From contig NC_042998.1 of assembly GCF_006345805.1 (NCBI RefSeq), forward strand, positions 75,144,001-75,208,000: a DNA stretch of 64,000 nt. The letters run 5' to 3'. Below the pieces are notes generated by a model. It was given only the letters and a program-made list of their open reading frames with translations. It was not told the origin of the DNA and ran no database searches. This document shows positions 49,700-62,572 of the stretch, piece by piece. Made by a program: the position numbers and the translations under genes. Origin of the DNA: Octopus sinensis (taxonomy: Eukaryota). The first letter of the stretch is position 1. Each line of letters begins with the position of its first letter.

Positions 49700-51040
49700 T
49701 TTGAGCTGAAACTAGGCCTTCATTAATCTTCCTTTAATAATTGGCATTTAGTGAAAATGAAAGAGTTTGATGATGCTGCTCTCATTCCCACTTTCTACTG
49801 TGAAGTTGGCTCATCTGGGTATTTTGAAAGTAGGACGTTCAGTTTTGTTTTAAAGACATCCGCATCCATACCGTGTACGTCTCTCAGCCCCCATTGCAGT
49901 ATCTGACCCAATATTTTAACGGTAAGGAATTTTAGGCCTTATGCAATGGCACCCCGTTCATCTGTTTGTATCATTTACAAAGTTTGGGACAAGTCCTTAT
50001 CGGATCTTCAGGATATATATTACAGCATATCTTTCTCGCCTTCGTTCCAGGAAGTAACGTCTAAACCTCTTGGGTCTTTTCCAGTAAATAATTTGCTGCA
50101 TGAAGATTATATTCGTATAGCTTCCCTGGACTTCTTTGCGTTTCGCTATTAATTTAACACTATGGGAGCAATAGTCAAGATGGGTTTGGACAAATGTTAT
50201 CCAGAACACCATCATGATTTCCTGCCCTCCTGTACTGAAAGTTCTAAGAATCCACCCGGTCAGCCGCCTGCTAATTTCATTGCTAATTTAGTAATATGCA
50301 CATGGAAGGATGTGTCATTACTCATATGAGGCCACACACTGATTGGGATTCAGGAACTGTGACCCTTTCAGGACAATGCATTTTGTATGCATAGCTTTTA
50401 ACTTTGCTAATAGCATAGGATATGGAACTTTCCAGCATTTAACTGCATATTATTGTCGTCAGTCTACTTGTATATTGCATCTAAATTTTGTTGCAGGTGC
50501 AAGACATCATCCAAGGTTTTTGTATTACGCTTGAGACTATTGACTCATCTACATAGCTTCTCAGGGAGCCTCACTGTGTGAATGAGAGCAATTCTGAGAT
50601 GGTCATTATGGACAGTAGTGGACCAAGTCATTCCTCCACGGGATATCACACAGTGTTTGCGTTTCCTTGTCGTTGGACTGCGGCAACAGCCTTTGACTAC
50701 TACAACCTGATTTCTATCAGTGCGAAGATCATGTAGCCACTCTCCTAGATTTCCAGCTATGCCGAGATCACGCAGTTTGTGATATATCACTCCATGATCG
50801 AGTTTATCGAAGACCTTCGTAAAGCTGAAATATATCACCTTCATATTTGAGTGGCTAAGTAAATATATCAACACCCAGTCATAGTGTTGTAAGAGGTGTG
50901 TCAGGCAATTTTCTCTTGGCTGGATACCACGTCGGATGCCAGTTAGCAAATCATTTTCTCCAAGGAACGTGATTAATTTCCCGCAAGCTATCCGTTCCAT
51001 GACTTTGCTGATAGGCTAGGTTAAACAAATAGGCCTATAG
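49700..51040 (-). mobile_element. Decayed CR1-group LINE (RT core to C-terminus)
   Basis: CLTHLL...VIYFSFTKVFDKLDHG...GIAGNLGEWLHD (RT) and FVQTHLDYCS...ERRRERYAVIYILKI. Confidence 0.88.
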
Positions 51041-51232
51041 TTTTGGGTATCAACTGACTCTGCGATCTCGTCTATGAATAGGTCGTGTTATTCGTGAAAC
51101 CTCAAGAATACGACATACTGTCGCGTCTGAGACTGAAAACCATGATCTTGCATTCGTGATTGCAACAACGAAATCACTAAACCACGCGCCTTTACTTATA
51201 TACATCCATAAACACTCACACAACACACGCGC

Positions 51233-51276
<44 letters not shown>

Positions 51277-51330
51277 ACACTCTCAAAAATACACGCATTG
51301 ATTCTATATTTAAAAGATGAGGAATTATGT

Positions 51331-51428
51331 ACATTATTTACATTATTTACAATTGATGGATATTTGTTCTCCTCATGTTTGTTGTTAACACAACGTTGCG
51401 GCTGATATACCCTCCAGCCTTCACCAGG
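51331..51428 (-). mobile_element. Penelope-type hammerhead repeat, truncated, core mutated
   Basis: Same family as 14851; core reads CUGGUGA...GCAAC. Confidence 0.75.
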
Positions 51429-51499
51429 AGCCTATGACATAGATGTTAAGAGCGCGGACTACTAACCACAAGATTCCGAGTTCGATTCCAGGCAGTGAC
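51429..51499 (+). mobile_element. tRNA-derived SINE head fragment
   Basis: TGACATAGATGTTAAGAGCG (A-box-like) and GAGTTCGATTCC (B box). Confidence 0.6.
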
Positions 51500-51902
51500 T
51501 TACTCTTTTACTTGTTTTCAGTCATTTGACTGCGGCCATGCTGGAGCACCGCCTTTAATCGAGCAACTCGACCCCGGGACTTATTCTTTGTAAGCCCAGT
51601 ACTTATTCTATCGGTCTCTTTTTTGCCGAACCGCTAAATGACGGGGACGTAAACACACAAGCATCGGTTGTCAAGCGATGCTAGGGGGACAAATACAGAC
51701 ACAAACACACACACATATATATATATATATATACACATATATACGACAGGCTTCTTTCAGTTTCCGTCTACCAAATCCACTCACAAGGCATTGGTCGGCC
51801 CGGGGCTATAGCAGAAGACACTTGCCCAAGATGCCACGCAGTGGGACTGAACCCGGAACCATGTGGTTGGTTAGCAAGCTACTTACCTCACAGCCACTCC
51901 TG
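51500..51902 (-). mobile_element. Full-length SINE (13589 family)
   Basis: Colinear with 13589-14033. Confidence 0.92.
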
Positions 51903-51966
<64 letters not shown>

Positions 51967-51969
<3 letters not shown>

Positions 51970-52102
51970 TGGAAGAATACCTTAGGAATGAGAACCCAGG
52001 TTCGAAATTTCCCCCAAGACATCTGATGAAGACTGGAGGGTATATCAGCCGAAACGTTGTGTTAACAACAAACAAGATGAGGACAAATATCCGTCAATTT
52101 TA
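51967..52102 (+). mobile_element. Penelope-type repeat with hammerhead (52018-52063)
   Basis: GACAT-CTGATGA-A-GACTG...CAGCC-GAAAC-GTT-GTGTT; follows (AAT)n. Confidence 0.78.
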
Positions 52103-52176
52103 AACAATGTAAATAATGTATACATGCTTTGAGTTCTGTATTTTCTTCTATAAAACCTATTCTGTTACCTTTTATG

Positions 52177-52215
<39 letters not shown>

Positions 52216-52461
52216 ACATAAATGTATGCGCGCGCGAGTGTGTATGTGTGTGTGTGCATTTAATGGAATTAAATTCAGTTACGTCCTCTATGTGTTGTAA
52301 GATGCAGTGTTACATAATTTAATTATATGGCTTATCATCCTCCGAAATATAATCAATCTTAAAGTTCATATGAATAAATTATACACAGATGAACATATAT
52401 GTACGTATGTATGTGCGTGCGTGCGTGTATGCGTGTCTGTCTGTCTGACTGTCTGTCTGCC

Positions 52462-52496
<35 letters not shown>

Positions 52497-52524
52497 ATGT
52501 ATGTATGTATACATGCATGTATCA

Positions 52525-52906
52525 TTACCTCCGTCAAGGAAGCAGATTATGTTTTCATCGGCGATGGTTTGTCCGTCTGCCCGTCTGTGTACAAAATAAC
52601 TCAAAAAGTTGTAAATGGTATTTGATGAAACTTACAGGAAAAGTTGGAATAACACAAAGAACAGATGATGAAATTTTGGTAGGGATCCGGGAATTTCTAT
52701 GGATTCTTTAAGGATTTTTCATTTGTTATATTTACTTTAAATGAAATATTACAATGCTACGTTCTTTGATTATCTCCCTTGAAAACGCTTCATCGTTTCT
52801 ACGTAACCTATGGTGGCGTTGCTGTTTCCAAAGTTTATTTTCGCTTCTCTATAAGTAATTTTACTCGCATATCTATCTTAAAATGAGCTGCTTGGCGGAG
52901 ATCTGC
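52525..52906 (+). mobile_element. Helentron-associated non-autonomous element (HINE/DINE-1-like), 3' end cut by a CR1 fragment
   Basis: Subterminal inverted repeats ACCTCCGTCAAG and CTTGGCGGAGAT, then the GGTTATGTTTT-like motif and GTYT-type repeats. Confidence 0.6.
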
Positions 52907-53380
52907 AAAGGATTACATGATAATCCTTGACTATTCGGATCGACTCAAAAAGCTCAGGCTGTGCTCCCTTTACTGCCGCTGTGAGCTCTATATCTTCTGT
53001 ATGATTTGGAAAATATTCCATCAACATTACCCATCTTTAAAATTCGTCCGAGGCTTAGCCCTCGTGTCATCCCTTCACTACAGAAATGTTCGTGCCGTAT
53101 CACAACACTATGACAGAACTCAATTGGCCCTGCTCTCTTCAACATCGTGCCAGACACACATAATGGAGGAAAGTGACTTCACGACATTCAAATGATCCCT
53201 AGATGATTACCTCCAACAAATGCCAAATAAACCACCTACACACAGATATGTCTCTGAAAACAATAACACTCTGCTTGAAAGGGCTACGGTTCCCCAGATC
53301 TGACTGGGTATCTATTCCAGGTGGTGCTATTAAATTAGATATGGCCCGAGTCACTTCGGCCGAAACTTATCTAATTCTTC
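52907..53380 (+). mobile_element. CR1-group LINE 3' fragment
   Basis: DYSDRLKKLRLCSLYCRCELYIFCMIWKI; its 3' end AGGTGGTGCTATTAA.TTAGA matches the 19249 copy. Confidence 0.85.
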
Positions 53381-53682
53381 TACCAATCTATGCTGTAACA
53401 TTTTTATCAAATCATGACAACGTGGGTAGAGGCTGATATTTTAACATTTCTGATGGTCTTAAGAATAAAAAAACATTATGAAAGATTTATATTGAACAAC
53501 ATTCAGAGTATGTCTATAAGCTATTGTGTTTAGACCTGGTTTCTATCCTCAAACTAGTCCGTCTTGTAGATGCAATTTTGTTTTCTTAATAAAGCACTCC
53601 GAAATTAGAAAAATCAAAAATCTGCAACAATCTCGGAAAACAGAGACAGTGATGATGATGACGATGGTGGAGATAAGTATGT

Positions 53683-53799
53683 GAGGTTATGTTTTTGCCG
53701 GCGTTGGTTTGGTGAATTGGGCGATTTTCAGCTTGCGTGTATATGGGTGGAAATGACCTGTTTGGCGGAGGTCTGCGCTCTCCGAGTGATTTTCTAGTT
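53683..53799 (+). mobile_element. Short internally deleted HINE
   Basis: GAGGTTATGTTTTTGCCGGCGTTGGTTTG at the 5' side; TTGGCGGAGGTCTGCGCTCTCCGAGTGATTTTCTAGTT (subTIR, short hairpin, CTAG-TT) at the 3' side. Confidence 0.55.
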
Positions 53800-55605
53800 A
53801 TTATAAGTAGAGATTGATTACTTCTAATTTCTCCGATACTGCAATACTGGTTCTGAAAAGAATAATGAGAATCAATTCTGAACGTACATGGATACACATC
53901 CGAAAGTATTAAAGTATTGCACTGATCAATAACGCAAACATTTTACAAATTCTACACTAATGGCTTTTAACTCTTTTTAATACATAAGTGAAATTTGTCT
54001 AATTTGAATCCCTGTCTGAGTTATATCTGGATTAAGTTATGGTTTTAATACAGCTCTCTGATTAAGAGAGAGCAACAATCATTGTCTAAAGAGTCGAAAA
54101 TACTTAGCTTTCCTAAATATTGCACAATTCAGAAATTTTCACTTGATTTTAATGCTAGATTTTCATTCACGCGCAATGTTAAAGTTAACCGATAAATGGA
54201 CTCTTTACTCATAACAAAAATAAACGTTCCCGTAAAAAAAGAATTAATTCGATTTGTTAGCAAAATATTGTTCTCAATTATTATTAATTCTTCTCCCAAT
54301 CTGTGTAGCTATTACCATTAGGGAATTTATAGTTGAAAATGCTTATAACAAAGAAAACAAATTCCTGTCATGCAGTAAATGTGGAAAGGTCACAATAAAG
54401 ATGGAAGAGTAATGAAAAGCATTCACAGAAATCCGGAAAAGACAAATTCCCCTAGACGTACGTAATTTAAACTTTATTTACTTTAATCTAGAGGCTTCAT
54501 GGAGCCATTGTATATTGTATAAAGAACGTGTCGGCAAGCAAACGCTAATAGGAAATGAATGGTCATTGTCCGTGCTCAAATCTCGGAAATTAAAGACCGA
54601 TGATTTCACCAATGTATTGAAAAATCATAGAAATAGCTTGTGTAACCAGACCTTTGTTATTTGCCTTTCTGTCTGGTTTTGGCAGACTTCTCTGTATTTG
54701 ACGCCACTTGTAATTAGTTGCATTTCGCTTTAGGCAAACTTTTATTATCGATGTTTTTGGTTCATAAAATATGTCAGCATTTAAGTAAATATTTCAAACG
54801 TAATAGTTTCTTATGGAATTTTAAATAGATGTTTCCTCATGTATGGTAGATCGATACAGCATTTCATTTTTGATTACTAAACATAAAAAATTATCTCAAA
54901 CTAATTGTTTTTATTTCTTACTAATTCCATCCCATGGTATGCGTCCATACTGAAGTTTGATTTTTTTAAATAATGCAAATGCATCTACGGATGTTTCAGA
55001 AATTTTGAATGCATGCGAAAAGCGTTGTCTCTGTTCTGTTCAAACTATTTTCTCTCGGTTTCAGGTTTTAGTAATAACATAGTGCGCATAAATATGAAAG
55101 CAAAGGAATTGTATTCATACTTCCTCTTATTTATCTGGCGTCTTCTGTTTCAGCAACTATAAGTTTATGTAGCGACTGTTATCACCTGTTACGGAATTCA
55201 GAGTTTTTAATGTTAAGCAAAGTTGAGAGTCCCTTTGAATAAGCGCCACTTTGGTTTATTTGTATCAGTTCTGTGAGTGGTAGAATATATTCCCTACATA
55301 GCTACATCATAGTATTCAGAATTTAACTTTAATGGTTAAATCATATTTAATCTATTTATTTCATAGTAATTAAAAGAACTGAGAAAAATATAAAATTCAA
55401 AAAACCTAAACAACGACCGTTGAGGTGGCAGTAAACATAAACTACGGCTTATTACAATACAATTCTTTTCGTCATGGCTACTTGTTGTGACACTTAAACT
55501 GTTTGTATGTTATGACAAATATAGCATTTTCCCCCGTTTATGCAGAACTGATTAAACAGATATCCCCTCAAAGAACAATAATGAGATGTAGTAAAGTATA
55601 AGCGA

Positions 55606-55920
55606 AGGCGTGGCTGTGTGGTAAGAAGTTGGCTTCCCAAAGACATTGCTCCAGGTTCAGTCACTTTAGCAAGCAACTTCTGCTATAGCTTCGGGCCGAT
55701 CAAAGCCTTTTGGTAGACGGAAACTGAAAGAAACTGCCATATACATACATACATACATACATACATACATACATACATACATACATACATGCATACATAC
55801 ATACATACGTACATACATACATACATGTGTGCGCACTTATGTGTATGTGTGTGTGTGCCTGTGTCTGTGTAAGTGTGTGTTTCTCCGTGTTTGTTTATCT
55901 CCACCACCCCTTGACTGGTT
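55606..55920 (+). mobile_element. Decayed SINE (13589 family) with internal deletions
   Basis: AGGCGTGGCTGTGTGGTAAG...GGTAGACGGAAACTGAAAGAA followed by (CATA)n. Confidence 0.8.
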
Positions 55921-56049
55921 CCTTATTTCATCAGAGATGACATGAACCCCCCCCCCACCAGAAAGGATTGATAAAGAAACAATGTTGGTTAGCTTTGGCG
56001 TTAACCAGTCTTTATACGAATACCTACTACGAATTAGGATGAGAAGGAA

Positions 56050-57365
56050 TACAATTCTGAATAGACAAATACTCACAAAGAATCCAGGAGAGATTCCGAA
56101 GAAGAATTCATGCTTGAAAGATTACGTCTAGTACTGAAAAGAACGACTTCTATATTGACAACCAATATTATCTACAAATAGAAGGCACAGTAATGTGAAT
56201 GAAAGTCGGACTAATGTTTGCGACACTAGTTATGGAGTACTTAGAAGAGAAAATCTATACCCTGCCCAGTATTACTTTTGATCCTTATTTGCAAAGCTAT
56301 CTAATATGGAAGTGGAAAACAGTTTTGGTTGACTGCTTCGTATTTTTGGAAGGAAAGCCTTACATGATTCCTTAAATTCATATACAACACTCATGAAGCT
56401 ATGCAATTCATTATTGAAATAAATGAAAGAGAATTCTCTTTTCTGGACGTTCTAATATAATTAAAGCTAATGAGTCAATTGCAACCGATCTGTACTGCAA
56501 GGACACAGATAAGCATAAAATTTTAGATTTTAGACCTTACCACCCTTCCTAAACGAAAAGGAATATCAATATAGCATGTTATATATATTCAATAGTTATG
56601 GATACCAATAGACGAGAGAAACGACTGGCAGAACTAAACATATTCCTTCAAAAACAAAAATTCCCCGAAAAGTTAATATATAATGTCAAAACCAACGCAA
56701 AAGAAATCCTGATCTGTTTTTTTACCGAGAACCACTCTCGCTAGGTGCGAGAACAAAATTACAAATATAAATATTTCATTTGTAATCCATCACGATCCTA
56801 AGAATCATAACATCCTACATTCAGTCAAATGATTCCTCCCAATTCTGCATCAATGATCAAATCTTTGACAAATTAGTAGAAAATTACAAATTATGAAGAA
56901 CCGAAGACAACCGTCAAATCTCAAGAGGATTCTAACAGTGGAGATATTTACTTCGTATGGAAGAAACAATACAAGTAAGATACTGTGGAGACCTGCGTTG
57001 TGTGGCATGTGAAAAAGATGAACAAGTAACAGCACAAATATTCAAGAATTAGAAGGAAATGAAAGTGAATGAAAACGTGAATTGCAAAGCAAAGAAACTC
57101 ATCTACTGCATCACATGCCCACAAAGCAATGAATTTTGCATTGGGAAAATAGAGACTAACCAGTCGTGTAAACGTGATTAAACAACAAATTCAAGGGTTG
57201 TCTCTTAGAAATGTTCCATGGGGTAAAAATATAGACATTTTTGCAAATGGAAAATTCAAACTGTTCGTCTTGTACAAAATAAAAGATGAAAATTATCAAC
57301 TACGAGAAGTAAAAGAAAATATTATAAAATCCGAAACTAAACCGAAATTGATTGACATCATTAAA
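56050..57365 (+). mobile_element. Decayed Penelope-like element, RT + GIY-YIG
   Basis: NDFYIDNQYYLQIEGTVM..VGLMFATLVMEYLEEK (PLE RT), FLDVLI, TDLYCKDTD, CGDLRCVACE and NCKAKKLIYCITCP, in broken frames. Confidence 0.85.
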
Positions 57366-57661
57366 AAACAAACTCTTCTTTATTCATCAGCCCAGACCGG
57401 GTGTTACACATAATACACACATAATACACACTGGACATAAAATATTATATACAGACATTTTCTACAAAGGGTTGTAGAAATCAGTTAAATAAACGAATTT
57501 TCTAAAAGTTAACTTTTTAAAAGAGTCTTTTTCTTATTATAACTGTAAGTTATCTTTACAATAGTTTATACATACACACAATATATATATATATATATAT
57601 AATATATATATATATATTATATATATATATATATATACCCCTCATAAAAAAAGACCACAGA

Positions 57662-58189
57662 ATGAACACAATCCTCCAAACACACACGATCATAAAAAGC
57701 AAAAGACAGCCTAGATCCATGAAAAGTCTCCTTACACAAGCCCGAATTCACTCCTCAACACAGAAGCCGACAGTAAAAGAATGTGGAAGACCCAATTGCG
57801 GGATATGCGACTATCTAATTGAGGGATCAGAGTTCTCCTTCAAGCAGGGACAACGGTTTACAGTGAAAAGCAACTTCACATGTGCTTCGGAGAACCTAAT
57901 ATACTCACTAACCTGCTCCGGGTGTCAAGAGCAGTACATAGGCCAAACAAAAAATGGTTTGCGTAAACGAATGGCCCTGCACAGATCCCAGATAAAAATT
58001 CCCCAAAACAGAAAAATAGCTTTTAGCCAACACATAGATACTTGCGCCAACAAAAAAACACCAAACCTCAGAATTTTCCCCCTCTACCAATTTAGGGACG
58101 ATACAACCTCGAGACAACGAATAAGTAAAGAAAATCTCTTTATTACAAAATACAAGCCACTTCTAAACGGGTCTACGACAAACAATTAA
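57662..58189 (+). CDS. Penelope-like element C-terminal ORF: Cys-rich linker + GIY-YIG endonuclease (5'-truncated element)
   Basis: CGRPNCGICD linker, FTCASENLIYSLTCSGCQEQYIGQT (GIY-YIG), R...H, and KENLFITKYKPLLN; open for 175 codons. Confidence 0.88.
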   Translation: MNTILQTHTIIKSKRQPRSMKSLLTQARIHSSTQKPTVKECGRPNCGICDYLIEGSEFSFKQGQRFTVKSNFTCASENLIYSLTCSGCQEQYIGQTKNGLRKRMALHRSQIKIPQNRKIAFSQHIDTCANKKTPNLRIFPLYQFRDDTTSRQRISKENLFITKYKPLLNGSTTNN

Positions 58190-58289
58190 TATACCTCAAC
58201 TTTAGAATAAAAGAAAAAAATATATATACACACACAAATATTACACTCCATAGAATCCATTACTAATCAGCCCCTTCATAGCTATACTT

Positions 58290-58690
58290 ACACCCATTCA
58301 TGTTCCCCCTTCTCTGTTTTTTTCTTCTTCTTCTTCCTCTTCTTCTTCATCATCATCATTATCATCATCATCGTCGTCATCATCATCACCACCATCATCA
58401 CCACCATCTTCTCCTTCTCCTCCTTCTTCTTCTTCTTCTTCTTCTCTTCTTCTTCATCATCATCATTATCATCATCATCGTCGTCATCATCATCACCACC
58501 ATCATCACCACCATCTTCTCCTTCTCCTCCTTCTTCTTCTTCTTCTTCTTCTTCTTCATCATCATCATTATCATCATCATCGTCGTCATAATCATCACCA
58601 CCACCACCATCATCGTCATCTTCTCCTTCTCCTTCTTCTTCTTCTTCTCTTCTTCTTCTTCTTCTACTTCTCCACCCCCTACCCCTTAAC
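58290..58690. repeat. Compound (CTT)/(CAT)/(CAC) repeat with three higher-order ~110-bp copies
   Basis: The block CATCATCATTATCATCATCATCGTCGTCAT...CACCACC...CTTCTCCTTCTCC appears three times. Confidence 0.85.
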
Positions 58691-59026
58691 TTTGTCACTA
58701 ATGTTTTTTAGTATAACACCTACGCTAATACTATAAACAAGCCTGTCAATATAAATATTCTCCTGAATTGAACTGAGACTGCCAGCCGCCACTGACCATT
58801 CAAAATACGACCATCAGGGCACTCCCAGATTCTCCCATCCCCCTTTCCCCACCAGCCTTCTTCCTCTACTACCCTTCCAAGAACTCACAACGACCTCCGA
58901 CACACAAGTGCAAACAAGGGAGTCAGAGAAAGGCAGAATGCCACTTAAATCTGAACACTACTATAGAAATATTCTTTTAAAAAAACTTTTCTTCTAATTT
59001 TTCTAAATTTAATTATTTAATCGATA

Positions 59027-59064
59027 CAGTTGAAAAGGTCTCAAAATTACCGAAACCGGTACTG
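59027..59064 (+). ncRNA. Minimal hammerhead, U3-A8 core variant, at the 3' end of the Penelope element
   Basis: CAG-TTGAAAA-GGT(CTCAAAATT)ACC-GAAAC-CG-GTA-CTG. Confidence 0.65.
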
Positions 59065-59113
59065 AAATGTTCACTATAAAATTATTTTAGCATTTTCTAT
59101 TTTTGACTTGTTT

Positions 59114-59156
<43 letters not shown>

Positions 59157-59608
59157 TGTTTGTATTTATGTATGTATATACATACACACATATATATATA
59201 TGCTATTGATAGAAGGCAATTTATTAACTCCATCTCCATTTCTTTTTCTTCTTATATGTATGTATATGATAAAAAAAGAACTACTCCATCCAGTGAGAGA
59301 TATTTAATGAACGTAGTATTTAAATATGACTTACAAACAATTTCATGCCGTGCAAGCACTGTAATTTGGCAGATTTTTGTAACGTGTCTAATTTCCCCAA
59401 GCAATGCTTTAGGCTCAGTACACATGGTTAGTTTTAGCTGAAAACCGGGACACTGCTCTCTGGGAAAACTCGACAAAAGCAGGAGCAAGGAGGAGGGTTG
59501 ATGCAAAAGTTGGAATGAGGGAGCAAGAGGTGAATAAAAACAGAAAAGAAAGAAAAGAAAACCAAGTGCTGCATTTTCTCGAGATTAATGTGTATATGTA
59601 TGTATGTC

Positions 59609-59728
<120 letters not shown>

Positions 59729-59804
59729 TAATAATAATAATAAAAATAATGATAATAATGATAACAATAACAATAATAATAACAATAATAATAATAATAA
59801 AAAA

Positions 59805-61858
59805 ACAAAAGTTTTATTGAACAAAACAAAAAGTTCAACTCCAACCCCAAAAAGTTCTACCAAGAACTTGGCAAAAATAAAATAGAAATCACTGCAGCAC
59901 CAACGGCAGAAGAAGTGGAAAAATTCTGGAGAGAAATATGGTCGGCGTTTGATAGCATCCCCCACACATGGATCCTCGAAACTCTAGCCATTAACAAAGT
60001 AGCACCAACAATTATAAAATTCATAGGACACTATGAATAAATGGCAAACAGTGCTACAGCTCCAAACAAAAGAGGGACTCATGAAAACCAAAGCCATTCA
60101 CATTAGAAGAGGAATATTCCAGGGAGACACGCTCTCTCCACTCCTTTTCTGCTTGGCACTGTCACCTCTATCTGATATGCTAAATAGAACTGGATGCGGA
60201 TATAAATGTTACGGCAAAACGATCAGCCACCTTTTATATATGGATGACCTAAAACTATATGCTGCAAATGACAAACAGCTGGAAACACTATTAAAGACAG
60301 TTCATGGATTTACCAAAGAAATAGATATGAAATATGGATTAGAAAAATGCGTCAAAGTAACCCTGAAAAGAGGAAAACTAGTTAAGAGTAGCAACATCAC
60401 ACTAGATAAAAACAATGAAATAAAAGAATTAGACCAAAGCCAAACTTACAAATACTTAGGAATCCATGAACTAGATAAGACACAACACACACAAATGAAA
60501 GAGAAAATAAAAAAAGAATATTATAGATGAGTTAGATCAATACTAAAAACAGAGCTCAATGCTAAAAACAAGATAACACTTTAGCTGTCCCAGTTATAAG
60601 TTACAGCTACAATATCCTTAACTGGACACTAAATGAACTGATCAAAATAGATAGGAAAACAAGAAAAATAATGACAGGATCTAGGATACATCACCCAAAA
60701 TCTGACATAGAAAGACTATATATACAACGTATAGAAGGTGGTAGAGGCCTTATACACCTGGAAAACTACTATAAAATAACCACCATGGGACTGCAAAAAT
60801 ATCTACTTCAGAAGGAAGGAAAACTGATACAAATAGCGGCAAAACACGAGCAAAACAAAAAAAAAACTGTTCTCAGTATTTAAGGAAGCTGACAAATACA
60901 AACAAGAAATCATACCACCTAACAAATATGAAGAAGAAGAAGAAGATGAAGAAACAACAAAAGCTATAAAACAAATGAAATCCAAACTAAAACTAGAACA
61001 ACAAAGGACCATGATAAAACGATGGCAAGAAAAGCCCCTTCATGGTAAATACTGGATTAAACTAAATGCAAAGAAATAGACAAAGAAAAATCCCAGCAAT
61101 GGTTGAGAAGCTCAGGACTCAAAGCAGACACAGAGGGATTTTTAATTGCAGCACAAGTCCAAAGCCTCCCCACCAGAAATTACCAAAAACATGTAATGAA
61201 AAGAAATATAACAAATAACTGCAGAATATGTGGAGATGGACAAGAAACAACAAATCATATTATCTCTGGCTGCCCAATCCTGCCTAAGAAGGAATATATT
61301 CACAGAAATGACAGAGTTGGAACCTACATACACTGGAAGCTATGCCAACATTATGGAATAACAACAGAAAAAAGATGGTATAGGCACACACCAGAAAAGG
61401 TCACAGAAAACGAGAAAACAACCATACTCTGGGATATGCCGATACACACAGATAGAGAAATTAAGGCCAACAGACCAGATATAGTTGTCAGAGACCATGA
61501 AGAAAAAAAATGCTTTCTAATTGATGTATCAATACCGGCTGATGAAAACGTGTCTCTAAAAGAAATGGAGAAACTTTCAAAATACAAAGACCTGAATGTA
61601 GAATCTAAAACCAGAAATAATTCCTATCATAGTAGGTGCATTAGGCATGATAAAAAAATATTCAGACAAATACATAACAAAAACACTAGGACTTACAAAC
61701 ACATATAACATACAGAAAATTGCACTACTAAGCACTGCACACATCCTACGCAGAACACTTTCTATACAATAAGCATCACAACAAATCACATCACATACCC
61801 AAGGCACCCAGAGCTGCCCTCGGCAGTGAAGTGAAAGCACGCTATAAAAATAAAACTA

Positions 61859-61861
<3 letters not shown>
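59805..61861 (+). mobile_element. Dong/R4-clade non-LTR retrotransposon (RT + restriction-like endonuclease) in (AAT)n
   Basis: RRGIFQGDTLSPLLFCLAL, LLYMDDLKLY, YKYLG, GGRGL, CRICGDGQETTNHIISGC (CCHC) and NRPDIVV...IDVSIP (RLE); frameshifts and an internal deletion near 59950. Confidence 0.93.
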
Positions 61862-61955
<94 letters not shown>

Positions 61956-61992
61956 TAATAATAATATAATAATAATAATAATAATAATAATG

Positions 61993-62029
<37 letters not shown>

Positions 62030-62079
62030 GATGATAATGATAAAATAATAATAATAATAATAATAACAATAACAATAAC

Positions 62080-62116
<37 letters not shown>

Positions 62117-62136
62117 TAATAATAATAATAATAATA

Positions 62137-62559
62137 AGGCCAACAGACCATTTATAGTTGTCAGAGACCATGAAGAAAAAAAATGCTTTCTAATTGATTT
62201 ATCAATACCGGCTGATGACAACGTGTCTCTAAAAGAAATGGAGAAACTCTCAAAATACAAAGACCTGGAAATAGAGGTAACTAGAATGTGGAATCTGAAA
62301 CCAGAAACAATTCCTATCATAGTAGGTGCATTAGGCATGATAAAAAAATATTCAGACAAATACATGACAAAAACACCAGGACTTACAAACACATATAACA
62401 TACAGAAAATTGCACTACTAGGCACTGCACACATCCTACGCAGAACACTTTCCATACAATAACCATCAGAGCATCACAACAAATCACAGCACATACCCAA
62501 GGCACACAGAGCTGCGCTCGGTAGTGAAGTGAAAGCACGCTATAAAAATAAAACTACTG
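62137..62559 (+). mobile_element. Second, 5'-truncated copy of the same Dong/R4 element inside the (AAT)n tail of the first
   Basis: Near-identical to ~61464-61861, including the 3' UTR ending AAAACTACTG-(AAT)n. Confidence 0.92.
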
Positions 62560-62572
62560 AATAATAATAATA

